Assembly (NCBI GenBank): GCA_031425655.1
Contig: JANPJS010000117.1
Span: 1 to 22,095 of the forward strand
Direction: 5' to 3'
DNA: 22,095 nucleotides
From: Abditibacteriaceae bacterium
GTDB lineage: Bacteria > Armatimonadota > Abditibacteriia > Abditibacteriales > Abditibacteriaceae
The translations under genes and the position numbers were made by a program. This document shows positions 7,936 through 16,400 of the stretch, in pieces. The number at the start of each line of letters is the position of its first letter. Position 1 is the stretch's first letter. The notes below the pieces were generated by a model, which saw only the letters and a list, made by a program, of their open reading frames with translations, was not told the DNA's origin and ran no database searches.

Positions 7936-8583
7936 TTAACGCAGCGTATAATCGCGGTTGCGATTATCATTGCGTGGCGCCGAGGCAGCGGCGCGAGGCG
8001 CTACGGCGCGGTAGTCGTTGGGATACTGATTGTATCCGCTGTTGTAAGCGCCGCTCCCGGCGTTTTTATTGGCGCCGTTGTGGCAATTGCTATTTTGACC
8101 GCCGTAGCCGCCCGACGGGTAATTTGTTGAGGAATTGTAAGTCGGGTAACTGTTCGACGGATAATTGGAGTTGGGATAGCTATTTGTCGGATAGCTGCTG
8201 GTTGGATAGCTATTTGTGGGATAGCTGTTGTTTGGGTAATTCGGGTAGCTATTGTTCGGATAGCTTGATGGCTGGCGATAGTCGGGGTATTGCTGACCCG
8301 GATACTGCTGGCCCGGATACTGAGAATATTGATCCTGACGCTCGGCTTTGCGGCCTTTTTTGTAAGCGTAATAAGCGCCTGCGGCAGCGGCGGCGCCGGG
8401 CAGGGTTTTGCCTTTGATGATCAGATAGGCCGAAGCCGCGCCCAAAACCACGGCGCCGGCTTTGTAAGCGTCGCCTTTGTCCACGGCGTGCGCCGGAAGG
8501 GGCTGAATGAAAGCCGAAGCCGCCATTACGCCGCCCGTTAGAAGGGCCAGTCCGCGAATGTTTTTTCCGTTCGTTTGCATCAT
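7936..8583 (-). CDS. Hypothetical exported protein with a hydrophobic Gly/Ala segment and a low-complexity Tyr-Pro repeat tail (215 aa)
   Basis: GGAGGA SD 7 nt before ATG 8583; signal peptide ending AHA; 14 YP dipeptides, mostly in pentapeptide register; own terminator. Confidence 0.85.
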   Translation of the reverse strand: MMQTNGKNIRGLALLTGGVMAASAFIQPLPAHAVDKGDAYKAGAVVLGAASAYLIIKGKTLPGAAAAAGAYYAYKKGRKAERQDQYSQYPGQQYPGQQYPDYRQPSSYPNNSYPNYPNNSYPTNSYPTSSYPTNSYPNSNYPSNSYPTYNSSTNYPSGGYGGQNSNCHNGANKNAGSGAYNSGYNQYPNDYRAVAPRAAASAPRNDNRNRDYTLR

Positions 8584-8649
8584 TGTTGGTTCCTCCGAAT
8601 TCGGCGGCTTGTTGTGTGTCTGGGTTGCTTTTCCGCCGTTCTGGCGTTT

Positions 8650-8676
8650 TTCGACGCGGTGATGCCCAAGCAGTTC
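8650..8676 (-). promoter_or_regulatory. Candidate ECF-sigma (RpoE-like) promoter
   Basis: Minus strand reads GAACTG-N16-TCGAA, 66 nt upstream of ATG 8583. Confidence 0.45.
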
Positions 8677-8684
8677 AAAAAGAA

Positions 8685-8766
8685 AATGCGGAACGCGAAA
8701 ACATTCCGCATTCCGCATTCCGCATTCCGCATTCCGCATTCCGCATTCCGCATTCCGCATTCCGCA
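8685..8766. repeat. Asymmetric palindrome: nine perfect CATTCCG heptamers opposite two degenerate inverted units; probable terminator of the DUF151 gene
   Basis: (CATTCCG)9 at 8702-8764 and inverted AATGCGGAACGCGAA at 8685-8699. On the minus strand the stem is followed by TTCTTTTT. Confidence 0.95.
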
Positions 8767-8768
8767 CT

Positions 8769-9293
8769 TCAGTTCGCCTCGCCTTCGCCCAAATCCACGC
8801 CTTCGAGCAAACGCTGAAACTTTTGCACTTCGGGCGGGCCGTCTTCGATTTCTTCGTCGCTTAGCTCGTCCGATTCGCTGTCCTCGACTTGAATGCCGGT
8901 TTTCTGCGCCACTTCGTCGCTGACTAAAATCTGGCACTCGGCGCGCAAAGCCAAAGCGATGGCGTCCGAAGGGCGCGCGTCCACTTCCTGAATGTTGTCG
9001 TCACCCGGCCCGATTTGCAGGTGCAGCCGCGCGTAATAAACCTGCTCCGCGAAATCGTTGACCGTGACGCGGATTAAACGCACGCCGAGTTCTCGAAAAA
9101 TATTCGTCATTAAATCATGCGTCATCGGGCGTTGCGGCTGGCGGTGATCCAATTCCCATTGAATGGAAATCGCTTCCGCCGGCCCGATCCAAATCGGCAC
9201 GAATGTTTTGCGTTCGGCATCGCGCAACAGCACCAGAGGATTGTTTTGCGGATCAATACCGATGCCCTCGACCGTCATTTCTATCATCGTCAT
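8769..9293 (-). CDS. Bifunctional nuclease family protein (DUF151)
   Basis: PIWIGPAEAISI, RPMTHDL, YYARL and DARPSDAIALALR signatures. GAGGGG SD 9 nt before ATG 9293. Confidence 0.93.
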   Translation of the reverse strand: MTMIEMTVEGIGIDPQNNPLVLLRDAERKTFVPIWIGPAEAISIQWELDHRQPQRPMTHDLMTNIFRELGVRLIRVTVNDFAEQVYYARLHLQIGPGDDNIQEVDARPSDAIALALRAECQILVSDEVAQKTGIQVEDSESDELSDEEIEDGPPEVQKFQRLLEGVDLGEGEAN

Positions 9294-9323
9294 GGTGGCC
9301 AACCCCTCTTCGATTCCAACTTT

Positions 9324-9332
9324 ATTCTAACA
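9324..9332 (-). promoter_or_regulatory. Extended -10 promoter element of the DUF151 gene
   Basis: Minus strand reads TGtTAGAAT, 30 nt upstream of the ATG. Confidence 0.5.
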
Positions 9333-9666
9333 TCCGTTTTGCTGTGTTCGTTACGAACAACCAAATTTTGCGTGCCGTTGAACTCGTTTCGAGAGATGAT
9401 TTCGCGCGCGGCGGACGCGACTGTTGTTTGTAGCCTATGCGCTAAATTGGGTTGTCTAAATCTCTCGAACGCTGTCATGGCGATAAGCGTCTGGCAAAAA
9501 TTACGACACGCGGGACGAGCGCAGTTTGAATAATTGCGTTGAATGGGCTAACTTTAATCTTACTCTTTGCTCCTTAAAGCCCTTTGTTGCGTAGCTGTGT
9601 TTGGTTTTTCGCCGTCAAGCCGCCGCGTCACGCGAATTGATGAACGTATTTGACGGGAGTCGTTGC

Positions 9667-10350
9667 ATGAGAATTTTATCCTCGGTGTTCGTCGCTGCAC
9701 TTTTGCTTTTGCCGGGCTTTGATGTCGGCCCCGCGCCGGCTCAAAACGCCAAGTCGCAGCCGAAAATCGGCAAATCCGAAGGTGCTTTGGCGTTTCACGT
9801 CACGGCGCGGTTTCGCTATCACGATGGCGAAGGCGGCGATGCTCCCGAAGATTCGTTAGACGCCAAAGTGCTGGCGCAGGGCCAAAAAGCACGTCTGGAA
9901 ACCAAAATCGGCGGGCGGCCTTTGGTGATGATTTTCGCGCCGCCTTTCCTTTATAAAGTCTTGCCTCTCTCGAAGAGCGGCACGCGCTATCCTTTAAGTG
10001 GTGCCTCGAAAAATCCGGGCCTTTCCGGGTTTAATCCGCAGCCGTGGCTGCGCGATCCGACGGCGATTCGAGAGTCTTTGCGCAAACAGGGCGCCGTGCG
10101 CGGTGCCGATGCAACTTTGAATGGCGTTCCGGTCGAAGTTTGGAATGCTCGAAAATTCATGGGACTTAGCGGACAAGTCAAAGCGTGGCTGCGCCGCGCC
10201 GATGCTTTGCCGCTGCGTTTGGAAATTCAAACCAAGGCGCTGACCGCTACGGCGACGTGGCGCGATTATCAGCGGATGCGCGCCGTGACGAACGCGCAAT
10301 TTAGCCCGCCCGCCGGTTTTCGGATGCGCGACGGGCAATCGAGCGAATAA
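9667..10350 (+). CDS. Hypothetical exported protein, probable LolA-like/DUF4412-like fold
   Basis: GGGAG SD before ATG 9667; signal peptide. The C-terminal pattern TLNGVPVEVW...KAWLRRADALPLRLE...QFSPPAGF is typical of LolA-like proteins. Confidence 0.65.
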   Translation: MRILSSVFVAALLLLPGFDVGPAPAQNAKSQPKIGKSEGALAFHVTARFRYHDGEGGDAPEDSLDAKVLAQGQKARLETKIGGRPLVMIFAPPFLYKVLPLSKSGTRYPLSGASKNPGLSGFNPQPWLRDPTAIRESLRKQGAVRGADATLNGVPVEVWNARKFMGLSGQVKAWLRRADALPLRLEIQTKALTATATWRDYQRMRAVTNAQFSPPAGFRMRDGQSSE

Positions 10351-10381
10351 TTTATCAGTCGTGAAGGGAAAGGGAGAAGCG

Positions 10382-12304
10382 ATGCGTTATCGTGCGGTAG
10401 TTTTTTCCACAGTTGTCGCGCTCAGCGGAGCGCTGGGCATTATCGTGCCGGCGCAAGCCGAAACGAGCGCGTGGACGATGCCCAAAGGCAATTTGCAGCG
10501 CACCGGGGCCAGCGATGCGACCTTCGTTTTGCCGCTGAACTTGATCTGGCGCCATTCAACCGAGGCCAAAGTGACCGGACGCGGCCTCTTTCCGCCGCTT
10601 GTCGTGGGGCCGCCCGGCGACCGGCGCGTGTTTTTCGTGGCGGGACGCAATCTTTATTGCGTCAACGCGCAAAACGGCACCCAGGTCTGGAAAAGTGAAA
10701 ACCTGGCCAGCGCATTGGGCGCGCCGCTGTCGCTGTTTTCCGGCGATGCCGGCGACGCGGTTATGGCCATCACCTCGTCGGGCCGCCTGACGGCTTTTCG
10801 CACGGCGGACGGCAGCGTGTTCTGGGAAGCGGACGCGCGCGGCGGAATCCAGGGCGGCGCGCCAACCGTCGTCAAAACGCCCAAAGGCGAGCGCGTTCTC
10901 GTTGTCACTTCGACCGGCAAAGTCGCCGCTTTTCAGAAAGACAGCGGCAATCTCGACCCGGCTTATGGGCTTCGTTTGGGCGCCGGAGGCTCGGCGATTA
11001 CTTCGTCGCCGGCGCTTTCCGCCGACGGCAGCATCATGTTTTTGACGCTGCAAGACCAAAAACTTTACGCGATAGACGTAGCCAAAGCCACGCCACTTTA
11101 TTCGGTGCCGATGGGCAAAACCTCGTTTGAAACGCCGCTCGTGCTGGGAGATCGCGTGGTTGTCGCCGTGGGTTCGACAGTGCGCTGCTTTCAGCAAAAA
11201 AGCGGCAATCCTTTGTGGACTTTCAATAGCGGCACGCGCGGTCGCATCTCGGCTTCGCCCATAGGCTCGGTCGTCGGCGCCGAAGGCCGGGTTTACGTCG
11301 GCACCGAGCGCGGCGATTTTTACGCGCTCGATCTTGCCAGCGGCCAGAAACTGTGGACGGCAGAGTTGGGCATCGGCACGAACGTCGGCGCCGCAACGCT
11401 GCTGCCCGACTTGGTTTTAGTCGGCACGCGCAGCGATGTTTTGTTCGGCCTGCGGCCCTCGGACGGCAAAGCTATGTGGAAATACCGCGTGCAAAGTCAG
11501 CGCGTGGTGCCGGCAGCCGATGCTGCGGGCGTTATCGTAGATCAAGGCGGCGGAGCGGCGGGCGAAGGCGGCCCCGTGATTCAGCCGGGCGGCGTTCCGG
11601 GCGGCGTTCTGGGGGGCGCGCCCGGCATCGGCGTGGGCGAAGACTTAGCGCCGCCTGCGGGCACGGTTCGCACTTATGGCGTTTCGGCAGCGCCGGTGGC
11701 TGTGGACGGCCAACTTTTCGTGCTGGCCGACAGCGGCGCGCTGCTCGCGTTTGAAAGCACGCCCTTCGACGCCGAGCCTCCGTATCCCGCCGAGCCTTCG
11801 CTGGCGCTGACCGACGCCGACAAAAAATTCAGCTCCTTTCTGATTGATCCCGACGAGCCGATGGTCGTGCCGGGCACGGCGCCCTTAGTCTTCGCGGTGC
11901 AGCTTTCCGATCCCGGTTCGGGTGTCGTGCCCGAAAGCATCAAAGTTTTGGTGAATGCCCAAGCGGTGTCGGGGCCGACGCGCGTTGATTTTCAGCCGGG
12001 AAGCGGCACGCTCAGCGTGAATTTGGTGGACGTTAAGCCCGGTCAGCGCCCGGTGTTGCCCGATGGCGTTTATACCGTCGCGGTGGCGGCCAAAGATTAT
12101 GCGGGCAACGAGTTGTCTTACAGCGGCACCTTTACCGTGGAGCGCGGCGCTCCGGCGCCCCGCAAGAAAGTGCCCGATCTCGTCATCAATCCCGGCGGGA
12201 TGGGCAGCAGTTCGCCCGGCGGTAGTTCGCCGGGCAGTAGTTCGCCCGGCAGTTCGCCGGGTGGCTCGTCGGGCCGGAGGCCGAGGAACCAACCTCGCAA
12301 CTAA
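10382..12304 (+). CDS. Exported PQQ-like (BamB-type) beta-propeller repeat protein with a C-terminal Ig-like domain and Ser/Gly/Pro tail
   Basis: GGGAG SD; signal peptide ending AQA; WTMPKGNLQRTG; repeated L.A.D...G...W blades; DPGSGV...LPDGVYTVAVAAKDYAGN Ig-like module. Confidence 0.85.
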   Translation: MRYRAVVFSTVVALSGALGIIVPAQAETSAWTMPKGNLQRTGASDATFVLPLNLIWRHSTEAKVTGRGLFPPLVVGPPGDRRVFFVAGRNLYCVNAQNGTQVWKSENLASALGAPLSLFSGDAGDAVMAITSSGRLTAFRTADGSVFWEADARGGIQGGAPTVVKTPKGERVLVVTSTGKVAAFQKDSGNLDPAYGLRLGAGGSAITSSPALSADGSIMFLTLQDQKLYAIDVAKATPLYSVPMGKTSFETPLVLGDRVVVAVGSTVRCFQQKSGNPLWTFNSGTRGRISASPIGSVVGAEGRVYVGTERGDFYALDLASGQKLWTAELGIGTNVGAATLLPDLVLVGTRSDVLFGLRPSDGKAMWKYRVQSQRVVPAADAAGVIVDQGGGAAGEGGPVIQPGGVPGGVLGGAPGIGVGEDLAPPAGTVRTYGVSAAPVAVDGQLFVLADSGALLAFESTPFDAEPPYPAEPSLALTDADKKFSSFLIDPDEPMVVPGTAPLVFAVQLSDPGSGVVPESIKVLVNAQAVSGPTRVDFQPGSGTLSVNLVDVKPGQRPVLPDGVYTVAVAAKDYAGNELSYSGTFTVERGAPAPRKKVPDLVINPGGMGSSSPGGSSPGSSSPGSSPGGSSGRRPRNQPRN

Positions 12305-12326
12305 GCCAGCCACAAGTTCAAAAACC

Positions 12327-12370
12327 ACACGCGGGGCAAGATGAAAATTCATCTTGCCCCGCGTGTTTTT
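12327..12370 (+). terminator. Intrinsic terminator
   Basis: ACACGCGGGGCAAGATGAA / TTCATCTTGCCCCGCGTGT 19-bp inverted repeat followed by TTTT. Confidence 0.85.
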
Positions 12371-12462
12371 GCTCGTGGCGAACGCTTTTATGGGCACTTC
12401 GGGTGCCTTTTAATCCCAAACGAATCGAAGAACAGGCTCACAAGTGTGAAAACTTCGTGACC

Positions 12463-12491
12463 TTGCGCCGCGTGTGGGTTTTGTTTATATT
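12463..12491 (+). promoter_or_regulatory. Candidate sigma70-type promoter of dprA-topA
   Basis: TTGCGC-N17-TATATT, 20 nt upstream of the dprA ATG. Confidence 0.5.
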
Positions 12492-12511
12492 GCAGTCCCG
12501 TTGAGCGAGCC

Positions 12512-13738
12512 ATGAACGACGAAGAACGCGACACGGCGCCGGAAAGCGCCTCAAATGAGCAAAACGCACCCGATTTCGATGAGGAATCATGGTTGCGTTT
12601 GGCCTTCGTCGGCTTGCCGGCGATGCGCTCGTTGGCGGCGTTGGAAAAGTGGGAAACGCCGGGAAACCTGCTGCGCGCGGCCCGCGATGGACGCGAACAC
12701 GAGCTTCTCGCCACGCAGGGCATCACGCCCACGACGGTTGAACGATTGAAGCAAAGCGCAACCCGCGATTTGAAAAAGGCGTTGCAGGCCATGCGCGATT
12801 TCGGCATTCGTTTACTGCTGCGCGAACACGCCGAATATCCCGCTGCGCTGGCCGGTTTGCCCGACCCGCCGCCGTATTTATTCGTGCGCGGAATGGTTGA
12901 AGATCGTGACCGCGCCGCTGTCGCCATTGTCGGAACGCGCCACGCGACGGATTACGGCAAGGGCATCGCCGCCAAATTAGCCGGTGATTTGGCGCAGCGC
13001 GGCGTAACGGTTGTCAGCGGATTGGCGCGTGGCGTGGACACGCAGGCGCATCGCGGCGCGTTGGATGCCGGCGGGCGCACGTTTGCTGTCTGTGGCTGCG
13101 GCTTGGACATTGCTTATCCGTCGGATAATCGGCGTTTGATGGAAGAAATCGAAGCCAACGGCGCTTGTTTTAGCGAATTCGCGCCCACGGTTCATCCTGA
13201 ACCGTGGCATTTTCCGGCGCGCAATCGTATCATTAGTGGGCTGAGCGCCGGCGTAATTGTCGTCGAAGCCGCCGAACGCAGCGGCGCGTTAATTACCGCC
13301 GATTTTGCTCTCGAACAAGGCCGCGAAGTGCTGGCCGTGCCGGGCAACATTCACAAAGCGCAAAGTCGGGGCGCGCACGCTTTGATCAAATCGGGCGCGG
13401 CTCTGGTGGAAAACGTGGACGATGTGCTGACGGCGCTCAATTCTCGCGCGTTGCCGTTTGAATCGCTGCGAGACGCGAAAAAAGCGCGCGATGCCGAAGT
13501 CGCGGCGCAGCAAATGCTGCCTCTCGAAGCGCGTCCCAAGCACGCGACGGTTCGCCCCGATTTTTCGGGCGCCGAGAACCGCGTTTACTTGGCTTTAGAT
13601 GTCGAACCGCTGCACGTTGACGACATCGCCGCCGTTGCCAACATGGGAGCCGGCGAAGTTAACGCGACGTTAGTAATGCTCGAACTTAAAGGCGCCGCGC
13701 GTCGTTTGCCCGGCGGAATGTTCATTCGGAACGAGTAA
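12512..13738 (+). CDS. dprA: DNA-processing protein DprA
   Basis: YP..L....DPP..LFVRG, AIVGTR, VSGLARGVD, FPARNRIISGLS, VVEAAERSGALITA, C-terminal winged-helix-like segment; conserved dprA-topA order. Confidence 0.96.
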   Translation: MNDEERDTAPESASNEQNAPDFDEESWLRLAFVGLPAMRSLAALEKWETPGNLLRAARDGREHELLATQGITPTTVERLKQSATRDLKKALQAMRDFGIRLLLREHAEYPAALAGLPDPPPYLFVRGMVEDRDRAAVAIVGTRHATDYGKGIAAKLAGDLAQRGVTVVSGLARGVDTQAHRGALDAGGRTFAVCGCGLDIAYPSDNRRLMEEIEANGACFSEFAPTVHPEPWHFPARNRIISGLSAGVIVVEAAERSGALITADFALEQGREVLAVPGNIHKAQSRGAHALIKSGAALVENVDDVLTALNSRALPFESLRDAKKARDAEVAAQQMLPLEARPKHATVRPDFSGAENRVYLALDVEPLHVDDIAAVANMGAGEVNATLVMLELKGAARRLPGGMFIRNE

Positions 13739-13746
13739 ATTTTAGC

Positions 13747-13857
13747 CTCTCGCAAAGACGCAAAGGCGCAAAGATTTTTAAGGGCTTTTGGCTGAAGCAA
13801 TATCGTCAGCGAAATGCAAGCAAACTTTTTCTTTGCGCCTTTGCGTCTTTGCGAGAG
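13747..13857. repeat. Perfect 28-bp inverted repeat of three CGCAAAGR octamers around a 55-nt spacer
   Basis: 13747-13774 CTCTCGCAAAGACGCAAAGGCGCAAAGA is the exact reverse complement of 13830-13857. Confidence 0.96.
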
Positions 13858-13878
13858 ATTTCAAAAGGTTAATAAAAG

Positions 13879-16287
13879 ATGGCGAAATCTCTACTTATTG
13901 TCGAATCTCCGACCAAAGTGAAAACCCTGAAGGGGTTTTTAGGGCCGGATTTCATTATTAAAGGCTCGCAGGGGCACATCCGCGACTTGCCGAAAAGCGG
14001 CCTCGGCGTGGACATCGAACACGATTTTGAGCCGAAATACGAGCTGCTCGAAGACCGCAAGCGCATTATTGACGAGCTGAAAAAAGCCGTCAAAGAAGTG
14101 GACACCGTCTACCTTGCCAGCGATCCCGACCGCGAAGGCGAGGCCATCGCGTGGCACATTCGTGAAGCCTTAAAAATCAAAAAAGCGCACCGCATCGAGT
14201 TCAACGAAATCACGAAAACCGCCGTGCAGCGCGCCCTTGCCAACCCGCGCGAAATTAACATGGATCGTGTGGATGCGCAGCAGGCGCGTCGCGTGCTCGA
14301 CCGCATTATCGGCTACAAAATTTCGCCGCTGCTCTCGCGCAAGATTTCCAAAGGCTTGTCGGCGGGCCGCGTGCAATCCGTCGCGCTGCGCCTTGTTTGC
14401 GAGCGCGAACGCGAAATTCAAGCCTTCAAAACCGAAGAATATTGGAGCGTCACGGCGCTGCTGTCGCCGCAAACCGAAAATTTTCCGTTTCCGGCCAAGC
14501 TGATTACGCGCAATGCCGAAAAGTTGACAATCGGCAACGAAGAAGAGGCCACGGCGCTGGTTGACGCCTTAAAAACGCGCGATTATGTCGTAGATAAAGT
14601 CACGCGGCGCGAAAAGCGGCGCAATCCGGCGGCGCCTTTTATCACTTCGACTTTGCAGCAGGAAGCCAGTCGCCAGCACGGCTTTTCGGCCAAGCGCACC
14701 ATGATGACGGCGCAACATCTCTACGAAGGCATCGCGCTGGGCGGCGGCGCGCCGGTCGGTCTCATTACTTACATGAGAACCGATTCGACCACCATTGCCA
14801 AAGAAGCGCAAGTCGCGGCGCGCACGCTGATTAACGCGCGTTACGGCGCCGACTTCGTGCCCGAAAATCCGCCGGCTTATAAAAATCGCAAAAGCGCGCA
14901 GGAAGCGCACGAAGCGGTGCGTCCCGCCGATGTGACGATCATTCCCGAAGACATCGAAAAGTATCTTTCGTCCGACCAATTCAAATTGTATCGCTTGATT
15001 TGGCGCCGTTTTGTCGCTTCGCAGATGAAACCGGCCATTTTAGACACGACAACCGTTGACATCAAAGCCGGCGAATTTGGCCTGCGCGCCAGCGGTTCGA
15101 TTGTTAAGTTTCAAGGTTTTCTCATCGTTTACGAAGAAGCCAAAGACGAAGACAAAAGCGACGAAATCGAGCCGGACGACGAGAACGCCGAGCGCAAACT
15201 GCCCTCGCTGGACGCGCAGCAGCCGCTCGATTTGCGCGAAATTTTGCCTCGCCAGCACTTCACACAGCCGCCGCCGCGCTACACCGAAGCGACTTTGGTG
15301 AAAGCGCTCGAAGAAAACGGCATCGGGCGGCCTTCGACTTACGCTTCGATCCTTTCGACAATTCAAGATCGCGGCTACGCCAATTTAGACCAGAAACGCT
15401 TTGTGCCCGCCGAACTTGGCTTCACGGTCAACGATAAATTGGTGCAGCATTTTCCCAATGTGGTCAACGTGCAGTTCACAGCCGGCGTGGAAGAAAAGTT
15501 GGACGATGTTGAAGAAGGCAAGCAAAATTGGGTGCAGCTTTTGCGCGAATTTTACGAGCCGTTCAGCGAAGATTTGAAGCGCGCCGATACGGAAATGGAA
15601 AAAGTGGCGCCGGTCGAAACCGATTACGACTGCCCGGTTTGCGGCAAGAAGTTTTACTTGAAACGCAGCCGTTTCGGGCCGTTTTATTCGTGTTCCGGCT
15701 ATCCCGAATGCAAAACCATCATGAGCGTCGGGCCGGCCGGCGAACCGGTCGCCAAAGCTGAAAAAGTCGCGCCGGTTGTGGCCGGCATCGAACCGGGCGA
15801 AACCCGCGAATGTGACAAATGCAGCAAGCCGATGGTGTTGCGCATGAGCCGCAGAGGGCCGTTTTGGGGTTGCACCGGCTATCCCAAGTGCAAAAATGTG
15901 ATCTCGATTGACTTGCCGCCAGCCGCAGAAAACGGCGATGTTTTGTCGCTCGATCCCGATGCGCCGCCGCCCGTCGCGCCCAAACCGGCGATGGAGCTGA
16001 CCGAACACAAATGTCCGAATTGCGGCGAGTTTTTGGCGCTTCGCAAAGGCCGTTTCGGGCCGTTTTTGGGCTGCACCGGCTATCCGAATTGCAAAACCAT
16101 CATCAATTTGGATAAAGAAGGCAATCCGCGCTGGCCCGTCGCCGGCGAGGAAAAAAAGCCCGCGAAAAGCGCCGCCAAAGGCGCGAAGAAAGCGCCCGCG
16201 AAGAAGGCACCCTCCAAAACTGCGGCGCTCAAAACGAAAGTGGCGGCAACGGAAAAAGTCGCAGCCGCTTCGGTTGAAGCCGTTTAA
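13879..16287 (+). CDS. topA: DNA topoisomerase I (type IA) with three C4 zinc ribbons and a Lys/Ala-rich tail
   Basis: IVESPTK, DPDREGEAI, SAGRVQS, GLITYMRTDS (catalytic Tyr), QEAHEAVRP, GIGRPSTYA; three CxxC...C.GYP.C repeats. Confidence 0.98.
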   Translation: MAKSLLIVESPTKVKTLKGFLGPDFIIKGSQGHIRDLPKSGLGVDIEHDFEPKYELLEDRKRIIDELKKAVKEVDTVYLASDPDREGEAIAWHIREALKIKKAHRIEFNEITKTAVQRALANPREINMDRVDAQQARRVLDRIIGYKISPLLSRKISKGLSAGRVQSVALRLVCEREREIQAFKTEEYWSVTALLSPQTENFPFPAKLITRNAEKLTIGNEEEATALVDALKTRDYVVDKVTRREKRRNPAAPFITSTLQQEASRQHGFSAKRTMMTAQHLYEGIALGGGAPVGLITYMRTDSTTIAKEAQVAARTLINARYGADFVPENPPAYKNRKSAQEAHEAVRPADVTIIPEDIEKYLSSDQFKLYRLIWRRFVASQMKPAILDTTTVDIKAGEFGLRASGSIVKFQGFLIVYEEAKDEDKSDEIEPDDENAERKLPSLDAQQPLDLREILPRQHFTQPPPRYTEATLVKALEENGIGRPSTYASILSTIQDRGYANLDQKRFVPAELGFTVNDKLVQHFPNVVNVQFTAGVEEKLDDVEEGKQNWVQLLREFYEPFSEDLKRADTEMEKVAPVETDYDCPVCGKKFYLKRSRFGPFYSCSGYPECKTIMSVGPAGEPVAKAEKVAPVVAGIEPGETRECDKCSKPMVLRMSRRGPFWGCTGYPKCKNVISIDLPPAAENGDVLSLDPDAPPPVAPKPAMELTEHKCPNCGEFLALRKGRFGPFLGCTGYPNCKTIINLDKEGNPRWPVAGEEKKPAKSAAKGAKKAPAKKAPSKTAALKTKVAATEKVAAASVEAV

Positions 16288-16303
16288 TTTACGATTTAAG
16301 CTG

Positions 16304-16338
16304 ACAGCCGGCGAAATTTGCGTTTCGCCGGCTGTTTC
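16304..16338 (+). terminator. Intrinsic terminator after topA
   Basis: ACAGCCGGCGAAA-N6-TTTCGCCGGCTGT 13-bp stem followed by a short T run. Confidence 0.7.
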
Positions 16339-16400
16339 ACATTGATGTATTTCACTTTTCGATCAGGTGATAGGCACCGCGACGTGCGATAATTTAAACA

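Noticed and set aside
7936..8583. Tyr-Pro repeats as a multi-core RiPP precursor
   Set aside because: No maturase, protease or transporter gene nearby and no conserved cleavage motif between repeats.
8584..8937. N-terminal extension of the 333-aa ORF (CGMRNAE repeats) and the IPHSAFR ORFs on the plus strand
   Set aside because: These are translations of the (CATTCCG)9 array and overlap the DUF151 gene; a strong SD supports the start at 8583.
9388..9469. 10-bp inverted repeat TTCGAGAGAT/ATCTCTCGAA as a possible ncRNA (6S-like or riboswitch)
   Set aside because: I could not extend it into a coherent long structure or recognise a family motif; a covariance-model search would be needed.
12206..12262. 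Short direct repeats AGTTCGCCSGGC
   Set aside because: Explained by the SSPG low-complexity protein tail.
12438..12460. TCACA-AG-TGTGA as a CRP or competence site upstream of dprA
   Set aside because: Half-site order and spacing do not fit TGTGA-N6-TCACA.
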